This document shows, piece after piece, positions 24,240 through 37,000 of a DNA stretch of 64,000 nucleotides. Every line of letters begins with the position of its first letter. The first letter of the stretch is position 1. The notes under the pieces are model-generated. The model had not been told where the DNA came from. It worked only from the letters and a program-made list of their open reading frames with translations, and ran no database searches. The position numbers and the translations under genes were made by a program. Source of the stretch: Eimeria praecox (lineage: Eukaryota); assembly GCA_963920595.1 (NCBI GenBank), contig OY986949.1, forward strand, positions 2,914,001-2,978,000, given 5' to 3'.

Positions 24240-26760
24240 GGCTTCGAAGTGCCAGTGCGCCTGCCTCCTGAAGGTGTGCCAAGATATCAGGGAGTGATGG
24301 CGCAGTACGCCATGAACCTGAAGGACAAATGGAGATAATGGAATGATCGAAGCCGCTTAAAGCCGTGGCAGTTGCTTGCCGCGATGACTTGGCAGACGAA
24401 CAAATACAATGAAGTGCTTGACCCTCAGGCTAGCGGCGGCTTCGCGCGTCTCGTGCGGGGCTTGTGCAAGCAGCGGGGTCCTTGTGCCACTTCATCGATG
24501 AAGGCGAGCCACAGCAGCCCCTGCACATTGGTGCCTCGAAGCGTTCCCACATGAAAGCTGCAGTCGTTGGCAGCCTTTACACAAGCATGAAGGGCAGGAG
24601 AGGTCTGAAGGATGCGTTGTAGGGAGTACGCAGTCTGTTAACCAAAGAGTACGGCAGTGCGTCAGGCCTCATGTGAACAGAAGCAAAGGAAATAAACTGA
24701 GGCCCCGGCTTGGACACAAGTGCTCAGTACGCATTTCAGGTTCAGACAGGTATGTCCGTAGTTTCTGATGGCTCTAAGGGGAGTGGAAGCGCCTTTGAAG
24801 GCGTTGCGTGCCTGTTGGGTTCCCGGCGCTATTCGGCGCTATTGGCCGGAAGCATGGCTGCACCCCACATGAAGGGGCAGGCGGTAAACGGCTTATGGGC
24901 TCGCCAAGCCTAATGCGCTGGTGGCATATGGCATAGCCCACTTTGGCCTTGTCTTCAGGCCTTACGTCGGGACGCTGTTTGCTCGATTTGCATCGCTTCC
25001 TAGTTCTCTGCATAACTGTAGTGCGGAGCATAACATCCAGGCCTTTGTGTCAGTGTTTGCCAGCAAGCCTGGAAACTCCAGGGGAGATCAGCTACTCGTA
25101 GGACACGCTTATTGCAGTATATAGTCTCTACCACAGCTAAGGACGGCCCTCGGATAAGATTGAGGGCCATCGTTTCACTTGGTAGCACCGCGTGATCACG
25201 AGGAGCAGCTTGGCGGATAGCACAAACTACTTGTGAAAGCGCCCTACGGAAAGGCCAAGGGGGGGGAGGGAGGGGAAACGGTTTAGATGCTAGCTTCAGA
25301 AACTTTCTCAAATTCCAGCCTTTCATTTCGTCTTGTTGTTGAAATTACTGAGGGCCTCTCCTCTGGCGGGGAGGCGGGCAAAGGCTGGGTGCCTCGTCGC
25401 ATCTGAGCGAGCGCGAAACCCCCAGCCCGTCCAGCCCGTCCTCCTGCGGATGCTTTGTCTTCGAAGACAGTAGATGAAGAATGACTCTGTCTTCGCCGGC
25501 TGTCTTTATTTATATGACAGGCGGGCTCGATGGGGGGACAGGCAAGAAATTCCACTGCTTCTTTGGGCATGCAATACGCCATAGCTACAGGTGCTACTGG
25601 CGTCCTTTTAATTGGAAGAGGAGGCACGACGCTGGTGGCTATATCTAAGTAAGAGTGCGACGGTTTGCAGCACATCTGGAGTATGTAATATCTGCGGCGT
25701 GCTCTAATCCGTAAGTTTATTTACAGTTTGGCAACAGAACAAGCTATAAAAGCTTAAACAAGCAAGAGAAGCTATCGACGGAGCGCTGAATCACAAAGTA
25801 TGGTTTCTTGGTAGGCAGAAGTCTCACGGTGAGCTCTTATGTTGTAAAGTGGAGTTGGTGTTTCTATATCAGCAGCTCATCGCAGAGCAGTTCCCTAAAG
25901 AAAGGCCAGTCTTAAATAGCTGGACAACGTAGGGTGAACTTTGGGGTGAGAGGGTAAAAGTCGTCGCGGTGAAGGAACGCATCAAAGTGAGAGAAAAACT
26001 GTCTTCCACCTCCCCAGCAAAGAATAACGAAGAGGTACTAGTTTGCACACATTTTAATATTCACTGCAGTATTTGGGGTATGAAGATGCTCCCTCTATAT
26101 ATAGACCCCAAGGATAATGGGTCTGTGAATACCAGCCCCGCCTACAAAAAGAAGAAAAGCCAAAACAGACGGCCTTGGGAGGAGCCGGCACTCAACATCC
26201 GGGCCGCATAGCTGGGTAATGCAGACAAATGGAAGTGGGTATGGGACTGGAGAAGCAGGACTTCGACCAGCGCCACCATGGGAGCGAACAAAGCGAGCAA
26301 GGGCCTTTCCCTGATCCCTGCATACCCTGCAGCGCAGGTATGGGGCGGGGACAGGTGATAGCAGTACCTGCAGAACATCTTCGAGTTAACGCTTTGCTTG
26401 GAATGCTGCATTTATGGTCAGGAATTGAGAGTTTTAGTTAAGAGTTCCTGCTGTCTGAAGCTACAACGAGGAACTACATGCTCATCTGTTGGAATAGTCT
26501 ATATGACAATGCTTCGCCGATGGCCAACAGAACTCGATAATCAATAAATCTACGGGCCTAACAGGAGTGCGCAAATCACATATGATTCACACGTTTGCTT
26601 TGAGCTAGCTCACCGCAAGATAACTCTGCGCATCCCGTGGGGGGCACAGTGGAGGAGCGCAAGCGGCCTCCAGAGGAAACTACTTAGTTCGGCACTTCGG
26701 GGATCGATGAGAAAGTGGGCATCTGACCGCTTTTAACAGCATCTGCCTTCTCCACGGATG
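24240..26760 (+). mobile_element. Heavily decayed Ty3/gypsy pol (RT, RNase H, integrase)
   Basis: Motifs in canonical order across frameshifts: PVRLPPEG; SSMKASHSSPCTLVPR (cf. SxSPWASPVVLV); AYGIAHFGL (cf. MPFGL); DKIEAIVS; KLKQA; GVG/FLYQQ..KERPVLNS; LYIDPK (cf. TDHK); VIAVPAEHLR; WSGIES..LVKSSCCLK; IYGP..YLVRHFG. Confidence 0.55.
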
Positions 26761-28870
26761 TACTCTGGGTGCAGTGGAATTTGCAAAAACGCGTCAGCGA
26801 AGTCAAATTTTGAAAAGACTGTTGTTTGACCCTGCATGCGCTGAAGGATCTCGTCGATGTGGGGCACTGGAAATTTCTCTTTTCACCATGATTTTGTTCA
26901 GGTGCATGAAGGTAACGCAAATGCACCTCTTCCAGTCCTTTTTCTTCGCCAGCACCCAACTGGTCCCGAAACCGCTAATTGGTGATTGAGCCTTGCCTCT
27001 TTCAGCCGCTCGTCTGCTTGCCGCTCGATTCCCTCTTCAAGATGGGGGAGTCGGTGGTACCTTGAAACCAGGTTTGGGGCTGCCCCGAGAATGAGTCTAA
27101 TGCAGCACGTTGCGTACACAGGCGCTGACTGCCGTGCTGGAAACTCCTTCTCTTTGGGCGAACCTGAGAGCATTTCATTCGATTTTACCCACTTTTTTTG
27201 CTCGTCTTGCCAAATGGAACGAATCCCTGAAAGCAGCAGTCCTTGTATGACCATCACGACTGGGCGCATGCACTTCTCTGCTGTTTTGTGCAGCGCCCCT
27301 GAGCTGCGTAGAAATCCTTTCGCTCCTTTTTCCTGGGGTCGCCGACTCGGTCACTCCACTCCTCTTACCCTACAGGATGGAAGCGCTGTGGAAACCGCCG
27401 AGAGTTGCACGCTCTCATCGCTTCCCGGCGCATATACCGTAATGATGCCGTCTGGAGGCCCCATGGGTGCTCTTCCGTGGGTCACCCTCGGCATGGCTAG
27501 ACTTATGCCGCCGTCAGTTGGTCCAACATAAAAATTACGTATCGTGGTATAATGATCCATTCCTGAGTATTACTTTGCATTCCGCACCCATAGTTTTATT
27601 CATTCTGGTGTCCTGTCCGCCATACGCGAAGCGTAATTGCCGAGATTCTACCAACGGATGAATTGATAGGCACCACCTCCTCTTCATTGCTTGAGGCATC
27701 AGATCCACCTCTCAGCCTATTTCAACTAACATTAGGAAGCGCTCGCCACTACTCAGAACTTGGATATGCATTCGGCTGACTCGAGGAGGATTAGCAGCTG
27801 CGGCGGCCACCTCCTTTGGCCTCATTACTTCGCACCACGCCGCATCGGGCCAGAGCGTTTCCGTAGTAGCTTTGTTCGTTCCCCGTTGAAGGCTACTCGA
27901 AATCTTGCTTCTCTAGCTCCTCAGTTCTTCTGTCATGGACCTGTGATCTCGGATTACGCAATCTTTTTTATTGAAAAAAGGGGCAGATGCACGTTTCATT
28001 TCTTTTCACTTTCTTTCTGCGTGCCGAATTCGCCACCGGGCGTCAGTTATCACCTTTTGCTTTTTATCTGCGAGGCCTGCTTGAGCCGCCTCAACAACTA
28101 TAGGTCATTTACCTTGGCCGTTTCAAAAGCAATTTTCTTCCCTCTTGGCTATGGCTATGGATATGAATTTTCCCCTTTGTTGATGTTCAAACTTCATCCT
28201 CTCGCCGAGTTCCACTCCTTCGCCTCATAGTTCCTTCCCTGCGTTACAACCTGTTATCCACTGCCTCTATCTGGGGGACAGCCCTGCTATAAATCACTGA
28301 TATAGAAGTCCTGTTTCCGCTTTTGAACTTGTGTTCACCAAGGACTGACACCTCGTAATATTCTACCGACTGTCTTTGCTGTCTATGCTTTCGTATGTCT
28401 GCTGTGGCATGGTCTGCTGATGATCTGGGGATAAGCGTACATCGCAACGCACCTCAGCAGGCTTCCACTCTCTGTAAATGCTCCGGAAAAGTGGTGCCAT
28501 TGACCAGATATGGCCACCATTGTCGTGTCTCCCCTTCTAATGGAAAAGAAGCTAACAGGAACTGTCATTCCTCAGATTCATTTTGAAGACGAAAATACAC
28601 CTCGTATCAAGCAAGCAGCTCCTTCGCTGCACCTGTATCGCACCACCCGTCATATCTGGACGATCAGCAAAGGCGTATTCCCTCGTCATGAATTCGTCTT
28701 GCTGTAAAACATTTTCTGCTGGGTCGGATGAGGATGCCGCATTTGTTATTATTGCAGAGCGTCCAGCTGTTGATTGCTTCCCCACCGGCGGGCATGTCCT
28801 AATCAATCTTCTGTTATGCAAGGGTAGAAAAGGCTGAAGCATTGGCAAATGTTTCCCCAGCAATATACAT
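26760..28870 (-). mobile_element. Degenerate Ty3/gypsy element, 5' half (gag, zinc-knuckle relic, protease, RT N-terminus), truncated in RT
   Basis: RT: SPISGFGTSWVLAKKKDWKRCICVTFMHLNKIMVK, then (frameshift) KFPVPHIDEILQRMQGQTTVFSKFDFADAFLQIPLHPE at 26980-26762. Protease: MHIQVLSSGERFLMLVEIG*EVDLM...LRFAYG at 27770-27620, then FYVGPTDGGISLAMP. Gag-like: QWHHFSGAF and ADIRKHRQQRQSVEYY at 28500-28350. Confidence 0.88.
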
Positions 28871-29499
28871 TATTTCTGCAAGTTAAAAATCTTCTTTCAA
28901 GCGTTCCCCCTATTTAGCACTGTAGTGCATTAGCCAGTCTTGTAGCATGCTCTGCACATTTTCGTTACTCATACCTTTGCCTGCTCAAAGACTGACTACG
29001 AGGGATCAATTAAGCGGTTAGAGACAGCCTGAACTACAGTTTGCAGTGCTAGTGGGTGCGGCAAAGGGGCTTTGGTTGTGCGTCCTTCTGGGTTTGCGTT
29101 GCTGCCCCAACTGCAGGAAGGTGTGTTGCAGCCCTTGGTAGGCCTGTACGTGTCCCCAGAAGCCCAGGCCCTTGGGCTGCTGCGTCCAGGAAGTTTAAAT
29201 GCTTTCTACAATCCCCTTCTGTAAGCATTTGATTCTACTGTAGCTCCTGAGGGTCCACTGCTAAGGCCGAAGACTCCCATTACAGCCGTGTTGTGAAGGC
29301 GAGGTTCGTTGCTCTTAGCAGCCCCAATGGATCAAGCAGCACTAACACATGCACAGCGAGCGCCCTCCATCTTAGGTGAACGACCGTCTCAAGCTGCAGC
29401 AGAGTCAAGCACTTGAAGAAAAACTCCCTCACAAGTAGTTGCCCCCCGTCTTGCCTCCAGGTATCCTGGACACAGCGGTCCAAGGGTGCTCTAATATTG

Positions 29500-30130
29500 C
29501 CTACTGCAGTGTCGACAGTCGTTAAACGCTTGTTTGGACCTTCATATGAGCCTTCGAGTACGCATAAATACGGAAACCGGTCTCACGCAGACTACTCAAG
29601 GGCGCCACACTTTTCGGTTCGGAGTTACTGCGAGTTTTGATGTCCCCTCAAGATACTCGCAATAGCTTCACTGTGATCATGTCTAAGATTCAGGTTTTGT
29701 GGGCTGCATTACATATGGCGTGCCACGTTTCACAGCGCGGGAATTGGCGGGCTTAAAGAGACGAGCAGTTCCTGCTAGGGAGCAGTTCGCGAACTGCGCG
29801 GCAGGTGTGTAGGAGTAAAGACACAGGTACGTGCAGAGCTGTGCTGCACTGCAGAATATGGCGCGATTATTATTAAAAATATAAAGCATATGTAAGGGAA
29901 TCATTTCTGTTGCGCACAGAAGGTGTAATGTGGGTCCTTTTGGCCAAGTGCTTTCGCACCACCGGCGCTGATACGAGCGTATGCAGCGGTCTGGTGGTAC
30001 GAGCCCAAGAGCGCTCAGGAGTGACAACAGGAGGGATTTTACGGGCTTGTTCATTGTTTTCCCCTCTCGTAGCACTTTTGTTTTCAGAATAGGCCCTGTT
30101 AATAGCAAGCAGACCCACCGGCAGCATTCC
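29500..30130 (-). mobile_element. Probable decayed gypsy integrase core
   Basis: KIPPVVTPERSWARTT (cf. PLPxPxRPWxxISMD), NDSLTYALYF (cf. DRFSKxAHF), SAAQLCTYL and KRGTPYVMQPTKPES (cf. LGTxLxxSTAYHPQT) occur in order. Confidence 0.4.
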
Positions 30131-30654
30131 TGCACGGCGTTAGTAATCTCGTTCGATTCCTCGCATGTCTACGCCCGGTTTCCGCCCTGAGCAACCGCGA
30201 AAGAATAGGAAAGCACCTGGGCACTTCAGATGTTCTTGTTTTGTTGATATTACGACACATTAGACGACAGATCCTGCTGCCCTCCTGTAGGATTGGCCTC
30301 GCTCGACTCCCCGTTTTAGTGAGAGTGTGTCTGCCAGTTTGTATTTGCCGTGTGTCGTCTGGAGAGTTGTGCTAAAAGCAGTTGCTTCTACCCAGAGGTT
30401 GTATGCAAACCTTGGCCTCCTTTGGAAGGCCTTTTATTGGTCAGTCTGTGGTTTTCTTTAACTGTGCGCCTCCGCTCTAGGTGGGCGTGCGCTTCAGGCT
30501 CGACTCAGGAGGCCACAGATTGCAGGCTCTGGTAGAGCCACTAGATCCGGTTAAATTCGGTTAATATAAGCAGATTGGCCTTCTCTGCGTCTTCCGCGCG
30601 AGGGATAGTACATTTGGAACTGCGCAGAGTGCAGGACTAAGTGGTGTCCTCAAT

Positions 30655-31353
30655 ATGCCATCCACAGGCTCGTCGGTCCTCCTGCTGTTGCTAGTCTTGT
30701 TCGGTATGGAAGCCCCATGGGTGAGGGCTACTGCAGCAGGACAAGAAGCAGGGAATATGACTGTAGAACAGCTGCTGATGCTGGAGCCTCCACAGGCCAT
30801 GCCACGGGAAGGGGGAGCACAGGAAGCCGAAGGTGTGGGTAAGGAGGCCCTCGACGGGATGTGGTTGGGGAATGGGCTGCATCTAAGAGAGCCTCAGAAG
30901 AAGGTAAGGGGCCTGAAGACTGCCGCGGTTGCTCTGTTATTCATTGTTGGGTATTTGTTGGCCCACATCCTGGCCAGCCCTGAAAAGGGTCTTTCCTCAC
31001 TGCGCAGCGTTGACGATATCGCCACACCTGAAAATATGTGGATTGCCAACGTGGCGGCTCTAACTGGGATGCTGTTTTCTGGGCTGGGTGAACTGGCGCA
31101 AACTGTCTTACTAAAGCGTGGGCAGGTAGTAAGTTCGGCGACGGGGACCCATCAGATGGCCAGGAGGAGGAGAGGGCTGCTTCAGATGGTCCTGGGGACT
31201 TTCTTGTACGTCATGTGCATAGGTTCTGCCCTTTTCTTGGGACCATTATGGAACCTCAGCCGTATCCATGCCCAGTTCCTCAGCTCGGCAGCAGCCGGGC
31301 TCTTCTTCTGGGGAGCGGCTCTGTATTTCGATCCCTTCGGGCTGGTGGATTAG
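30655..31353 (+). CDS. Single-exon hypothetical membrane protein (signal peptide plus about 4 TM helices), 232 aa
   Basis: Intact ORF with a signal-like N-terminus (SSVLLLLLVLFG) and hydrophobic segments AAVALLFIVGYLLAHIL, WIANVAALTGMLFSGLG, LLQMVLGTFLYVMCIGSALFLG and FLSSAAAGLFFWGAALYF. Not a CAG-derived artefact. Confidence 0.75.
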   Translation: MPSTGSSVLLLLLVLFGMEAPWVRATAAGQEAGNMTVEQLLMLEPPQAMPREGGAQEAEGVGKEALDGMWLGNGLHLREPQKKVRGLKTAAVALLFIVGYLLAHILASPEKGLSSLRSVDDIATPENMWIANVAALTGMLFSGLGELAQTVLLKRGQVVSSATGTHQMARRRRGLLQMVLGTFLYVMCIGSALFLGPLWNLSRIHAQFLSSAAAGLFFWGAALYFDPFGLVD

Positions 31354-31933
31354 TTCCTGTGGGGAGAGAAAGAAATAGTTCCTCTCTGACCGCGGCGAGA
31401 AAGGCTATGTCCCTCTCTTCGGCAACGGGTGCATCGCCAAAGGAAGTGCCTTAGAGTTCCTGCATTCTGAATTGTGGAGAGGCACGAGCTGTCCATACTT
31501 CTTGCATATTCATTGAGGTGAACCTGCATCTGCGAACTTTTGTCTAGTACCTTCTGAAGCCATATTGTGTAGTAGCTGTTTGGTGTTTTTGTCGAGTTGC
31601 TGTGGAGGCTGATGCGTGCAAAGAAACACGCGAAGCGAGCAGAGATGTGACAATATTCCCATCGGCGATTTTCTATACGTATCTCAGCCTATGCTTCTTT
31701 TGTAGCTGTTCATACATGAGCAGGTCAGGCACGTGAAGAAGCCAGGATAGAGCACGTCGAGGCGTGCAAAGGAAACTAAAGACAGTAGAAGGGGAATTCA
31801 TTTCCTTGTTTGTGGAACTGCGCGAGTTCGCCATTTTGTTTCGATGCAGAACTGCCCATTGCTGTTGCTTTGCTACTGACTGGTCCTGCTGCTGGGATAT
31901 GTGTTGGGCAGTGCATTGGGTTACGCTAGGCAG

Positions 31934-31963
31934 TTTAGGGCTTTAGGTTTAGGGTTTAGGGTT
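31934..31963 (+). repeat. Telomere-like TTTAGGG cluster
   Basis: tttagggctttaggtttagggtttagggtt. Confidence 0.85.
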
Positions 31964-31999
31964 AAGAATGCTGCTGATGAAGACGGCTAGGGATGCAGA

Positions 32000-32394
32000 G
32001 ATAATGAGATAGAGGCGGTGCAGGGCTGTTGCATTTACACGGAGGAGAAGCAGACGTGTAAGGCAGTAGATGGTGCTGCTGCCAGCGCGTTGGGGATGAC
32101 GCTCAAGCGAGCTATTAAAGGCTGCTGCCTTTTCCCGCATGGCCAGCGCATGAAGAGATCTCCGCTCACTTCCATCAAAAGCTGTAATGGGAGCCCCGGG
32201 AGAGGGGAGAGGATTACCTTGAGCAGGCCTCAAAGCCTGAACAGTTGCATATCGGCATCCCGCACCTCCGCGCGCAAGCAGGCGTTTGTTTACCTTAATA
32301 TGAGCGAGACGGCAACCCATAGGGCTGCCTAGTGGAACTTGCAGAAGGCTTAGGCCCTATATATGCATGCATATAATATATAAATATATGTATC

Positions 32395-32451
<57 letters not shown>

Positions 32452-33000
32452 ATATATAGGTAGATAGGTAGATAGATAGATATAGACGCAGGTACAGATA
32501 TAGATACAGATATAGATATGCGAGGATATGTAGGGACGCCTACATAGGCGGACCTGAGTTGAACATTTGACGCCCAAATGGTTAGATAGTGCAACGGGAG
32601 TTGAATAAAAATTTGGGAGGCAAGGGAAACCGGCAGATAGGCTGGTTTGACACCGACCTTGGACACTGGTTGATGGAATATAAAAGGGGGACTATAAAGG
32701 GGACACTGAACAAGCAGCTGGCGCACCAAGCACGGCCTTTTACAGGCGAACTTTGGAGATGTTGCGCTGTACCACAAACAGAGCGATACTGTAATAGGCT
32801 GTGAAGACGCGCAGCTGCCGGCACACCACAAGGCCAAGCAGATCTGACGCTGTTTTTGAGTTCTGCAGGACGTCAGCCTACCCTTAACTGTCAACCCTAC
32901 TCTGCATTTGGAAGGCCCCGCAGCTCCGGATTGGTGTTAGTTATCCCGGCATGCCGCCCCTACAGAAGATGTAGCTTGCATCGCATGCAGCGGGGAACGG
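32000..33000 (+). mobile_element. Decayed gypsy integrase interrupted by a (TA)n array
   Basis: MKRSPLTSIKSCNGS..RPQSL (cf. MxKDVxxYVKSCxxC..PxGLL) and IGLPS lie before the TA array. After it come VEHLTPK, HQARPFTGELW (cf. DRxxxFTSxFW), TPQGQAD (cf. HPQTDGQ) and PYSAFGRPR (cf. SPFxxxYGRxP). Confidence 0.45.
32358..32530. repeat. (TA)n microsatellite with TAGA/TATAGA flank
   Basis: Pure TA run at 32399-32449, flanked by degenerate TA/TAGA repeats. Confidence 0.95.
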
Positions 33001-34002
33001 GATGGAAACAATCATAAAGCCAAGCATATATATCCCGTTGCAAATCGCGGTGTCAGTCACCCTATATAGCCTTTTCTTTTCCGTTCTGTAATCCCTAGAA
33101 GTGAACAACTTCAGCACATATAAGGGCAACCGCTCCTAATGCGCCCGAAGACAAAAAGCGGCGTCCCTATCTCCCCATAAAGCAAGAGGTGCCGCAGGAC
33201 CAGCTGCAACGGGAAGCAGCCCCTCCATAGCTGCACTCAGTTACGCTGCCCCTCCCTTCCCATTCGGTATGACGGGTCACCGAGCTCCGCTACCGCAACA
33301 AGACGCAACAGTAAGTGGGCCCAGCGACTGCACCTATGCCATAATCCAGTGGCGTGAGCAGCCAAGCAGAGAAGCAGCGCAGGCCGTGGCGGGATAGTTC
33401 CGCCCCAGCAGAGACCAGCAGGGAATACGCACTGCGTAGACAGCCAGGCCACGCAAGCCAATACTTGCAATATACGGTGGCTTTGTGTGGGTACTGAGTT
33501 CATCAGAGGGCTGGCCTAGGGAGCAGTGCAACCCGTGCGGCTTCGCGCGGAAAAGAAGCAAGGGGGCCATCCTAGAACGCCTCTCCACCGTTTAGATACC
33601 CTCCTTAACGCGTACCTTCAGACTTTCAGGTTCTACAGAAACAGAAGTAGAGACAAAGCTTGAGCCTTCTGCGCCCAGGCTCCTACGGGAGACTCTTGCC
33701 CCCCGACGGGAGACTGCTGTCCCCGCATGCTTGGAAAAAAGCATGTACAAGTACAAACGGCGCCGGATGCCCTCAGCTGCTCTTGAAACGACCAAATAAT
33801 GCAACAACGAAAAAGGAGACTCCACGGAGGCAACCGAAAAGGAGTCGGAAGAGGGCAGCCACGGCGAGAAAGAGGAACGGGTAACAAGGGTGGAGGCATA
33901 GAATCAGTGCGGTTATCCCGAAACTCAGCGTGGGGCAGTCCAGGCGGACGAGGAGGGAAGCCACGCATGACTCGTGGAGGCGGCTCCAACTATCAGGTTC
34001 TT

Positions 34003-37000
34003 CTACAACAATGCGATGGCTGCCTGCAAGAGCTGCGCGTCAGCACGCGCTGACCTTGAGCCGCATTGGTTTACCAGCTCTTGTACAACGAGCAGCACAG
34101 ACATTTTGGCTTCTTGTACCTTTGCGCGTTTTTCCCTTTCGTTTTGGGTGATGTTTTGCCACGCTTCATCCAGCGCTTCTCCGGTCCAGTTTTCCTCAAA
34201 CTGGTTCACAAATGTGGGATGGTGATACTGGCATGCCCTTAGAGTGCTCAGATCTGCCCCAAAGGTGATGAGGAACTGCGCCGCTTCCTCAAACGCCAAT
34301 CCGCCTTCTGTCTCGGCCCTGCGAGCCAGTTGCCATGCGGCCTCGGTGGCCCATGACGCGTCGTATTTCCACGGGCTGCCGGCCTTCCGCTGCGCGCTGC
34401 CACCCCCCTTGGCCGTCGCCGCCCCCTTCGCTGCCTTTAGGAAAGCCATCATCATCATACTCGGTATTTTCTTGTCCTCGTTCAATCGACCCCGGGCGGC
34501 ACCCAGAAAGTCCGCCAAACGCTCCGCCTCGGCTCTGGTGACGTCTCTCTGCTTTTTCTTTTTCTTTTTCTTTTTCTTTTTTGCCTCCTTCTTCTTAACC
34601 TCTTCGATTTTTTCCCCCAAGTCTCCTACATGCCTGTTGAGAGCCTCCAAGAAGTAAGAATACTCGACCCCCTCTTCACTTTGTCCCAAGCCCGCCGATG
34701 CCAGCGAGTTCGTGCTCTCTCGGCCCGGAGAAAGAATCGAACTCCCGCTGCCCCGCTGCATGCCTTTCGAGCCCTCCGCTTTCTGCGGCTGGCTCCCCGC
34801 TTTGGCCAGAGGGGCGCTGTAATCAGCAAAGTCCGCAAAGATACAGAGGCGGTCTTCGATGCCCTTGAGGCGCTCGGTGGTGGCTTCCAGCAGCGCTGTG
34901 AGGAACGCAGTTCTACGATTATGTGCTTCCACCAACTGGGGGTCGGCACCACTACGAGGCGCCACGGCCCGCACCTCCGTAATGAGCCGCGCGAAGTGCT
35001 CAAAGAGGCCGTCCTCTGCGGTAGCTCCATCCGGCCTAAACGTATACTCTGCCGCCAACCGTTGGCGCACCTCCTCACTCATACTTTTATAGGTCACCAC
35101 CCAGCCCGTAACGGGAAAGCACAGCCCATCGTTGACGGCCATCAGAGCTTCTTGCGTCAAAGCTTGTGGTCCTTGACCAGCTGCACTGGTTGGTCCTCCA
35201 GCCGCATACGCTCCTGCTGCCTCTGGACCTGCTGGCGCTCCAACCGGCCACCCCGCAGCTGCAGCAGGGTCATAAACGACAGGTCCGCCGTATCCTGGGT
35301 AAGCATAGGGGCCCGTTGATTCCCAGTAGTAGTTCTGGCCCGCCTCCCCGCCTGGCCAATAATAATATGGCCCCATATCGTATTCTCCACCTGGAACATA
35401 ATAAGCAGCTTCTCCCCCCTCGCCTCCATACTGAGGATACTGCTGCCCATATGGGCTTTGACCTGGCAACAGCTGTTGCTGAGCCGGCTGCGGAGGCACC
35501 TGCTCCGGCTGCTGGGGCACCTGCTCCTGTTGCTGCTCTACCTGCTGAGGCTGCTGTGGCTGCTGTGGCTGCTGTGGCTGCTGCGGCTGCTGTGGCTGGT
35601 GCTGCGGCGGCTGCTGCGGCGGCTGCTGCGGCTGCTGCGGCGGCTGCTGCGGCTGCTGCGGCTGCTGCGGCGGCTGCTGCGGCTGCGGCGGCGGCTGCTG
35701 CGGCTGCGGCGGCGGCTGCTGCGGCTGCGGCGGCGGCTGCTGCGGCTGCGGCGGTGGCTGCTGCGGCTGCTGCGGCGGCTGCTGCGGCTGCGGCGGCGGC
35801 TGCTGCGGCTGCTGTGGCTGCTGTGGCTGCTGTGGCTGCTGTAGTTGCTGCGGCTGCTGTGGTTGCTGCGGCTGCTGTGGTTGCTCAGGCTGCTGCGGCA
35901 GCTCCTGCTGCTGCGGCAGCTGTGGCTGCTGAGGTTGCGGCGGCTCCTGCTGCTGCGGCAGCTCTGGCTGCTGAGGTTCTGGCGGCTCTTGCTGCGGTGG
36001 CGGCTCCTGCTGCGGCAGCTCCTGCTGCTGCGGCAGCTGTGGCTGCTGAGGTTGCGGCGGCTCCTGCTGCTGCGGCAGCTGTGGCTGCTGAGGTTCCGGC
36101 GGCTCTTGCTGCGGCGGCGGCTCCTGCTGCGGCGGCTCCTGCTGCTGCGGTGGCTCCTGCTGCTGCGGCGGCTGCGGCTGCTGTGGCTGCTGCGGTGGCT
36201 CCTGCTGCTGTGGCGGCTGTGGCTGTGGCTGCTGGGGCTCCTGCTGGTGCTCCGGCTCCTGCTGTTCCTGCTCCTCCGGCTCTTGCTGCCGCTGCTCCGG
36301 CTGTTGCTCCTGCTCTTCCAGCTGCTCGTGATGTTCTTGCTGTTCCTGCTGCTGGTGCTCCGGCTCCTGCTGGTGGTCCGGCTCCTGCTGGTGCTCCGGC
36401 TCCTGCTGCTGCTCCGGCTCCTGCTGGTGCTCCGGCTCCTGCTGCTGCTCCGGCTCCTGCTCCAGTTGTTGCTGCCCCTCGGGCTGCTGCTGCTGTTCCG
36501 GCTGTTGCTCCTGCTGCTGAGGCTCCGGGTGCAGACCCTGTTGGGGCTCCGGCTGCTGCTGCTGTCCTAGCTGTTCCTGCTGCGGCGGCGACTCAAGCTG
36601 CTGCTGTTCCAGCTGCGGCTCTGCCTGCCCTGACTCCGGGTGCTGATCTTGCAGCTGGTGCGGTTCGGGCTGCTGCTGTGGCTCCGGCGGCGGCGGCTGT
36701 TGTTGCGGCTCCGGCGACGGTGGGTGTTGTTGCGGCTCCGGCGATGGTGACAGTTGTGGCGGCTCCGGCGGCGGTGGCAGTTGTTGCGGCTCCGGCGGCG
36801 GTGGCTGTTGTTGCAGCTCTGGCTGTTGCGGAGGCTGTTGCGGGAACGGTTGCTGTGGAGGTTGCTGCGGGAACGGCTGCTGCGGAGGCTGTAGCGAGTA
36901 TGGCTGCTGCTGAGATTGCTGCGGGTACTCCTGTTGGTACTGAGCGTGGTGGTATAGGTTGGGGTTTGGAGTGCCGTCGGCCAAAAAGAACGGTGGATAT

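Noticed and set aside
24240..28870. A single retroelement with an internal inversion
   Set aside because: The plus-strand part seems to have its own RT N-terminal motifs (LPP, SSPCTLVP at 24.26-24.54 kb) and is more decayed than the minus-strand part, which favours two elements. The rejection is tentative.
32295..32894. ORFs containing YIYIYI runs (also at 61292-61616 and 61693-62037)
   Set aside because: These are translations of (TA)n microsatellites.
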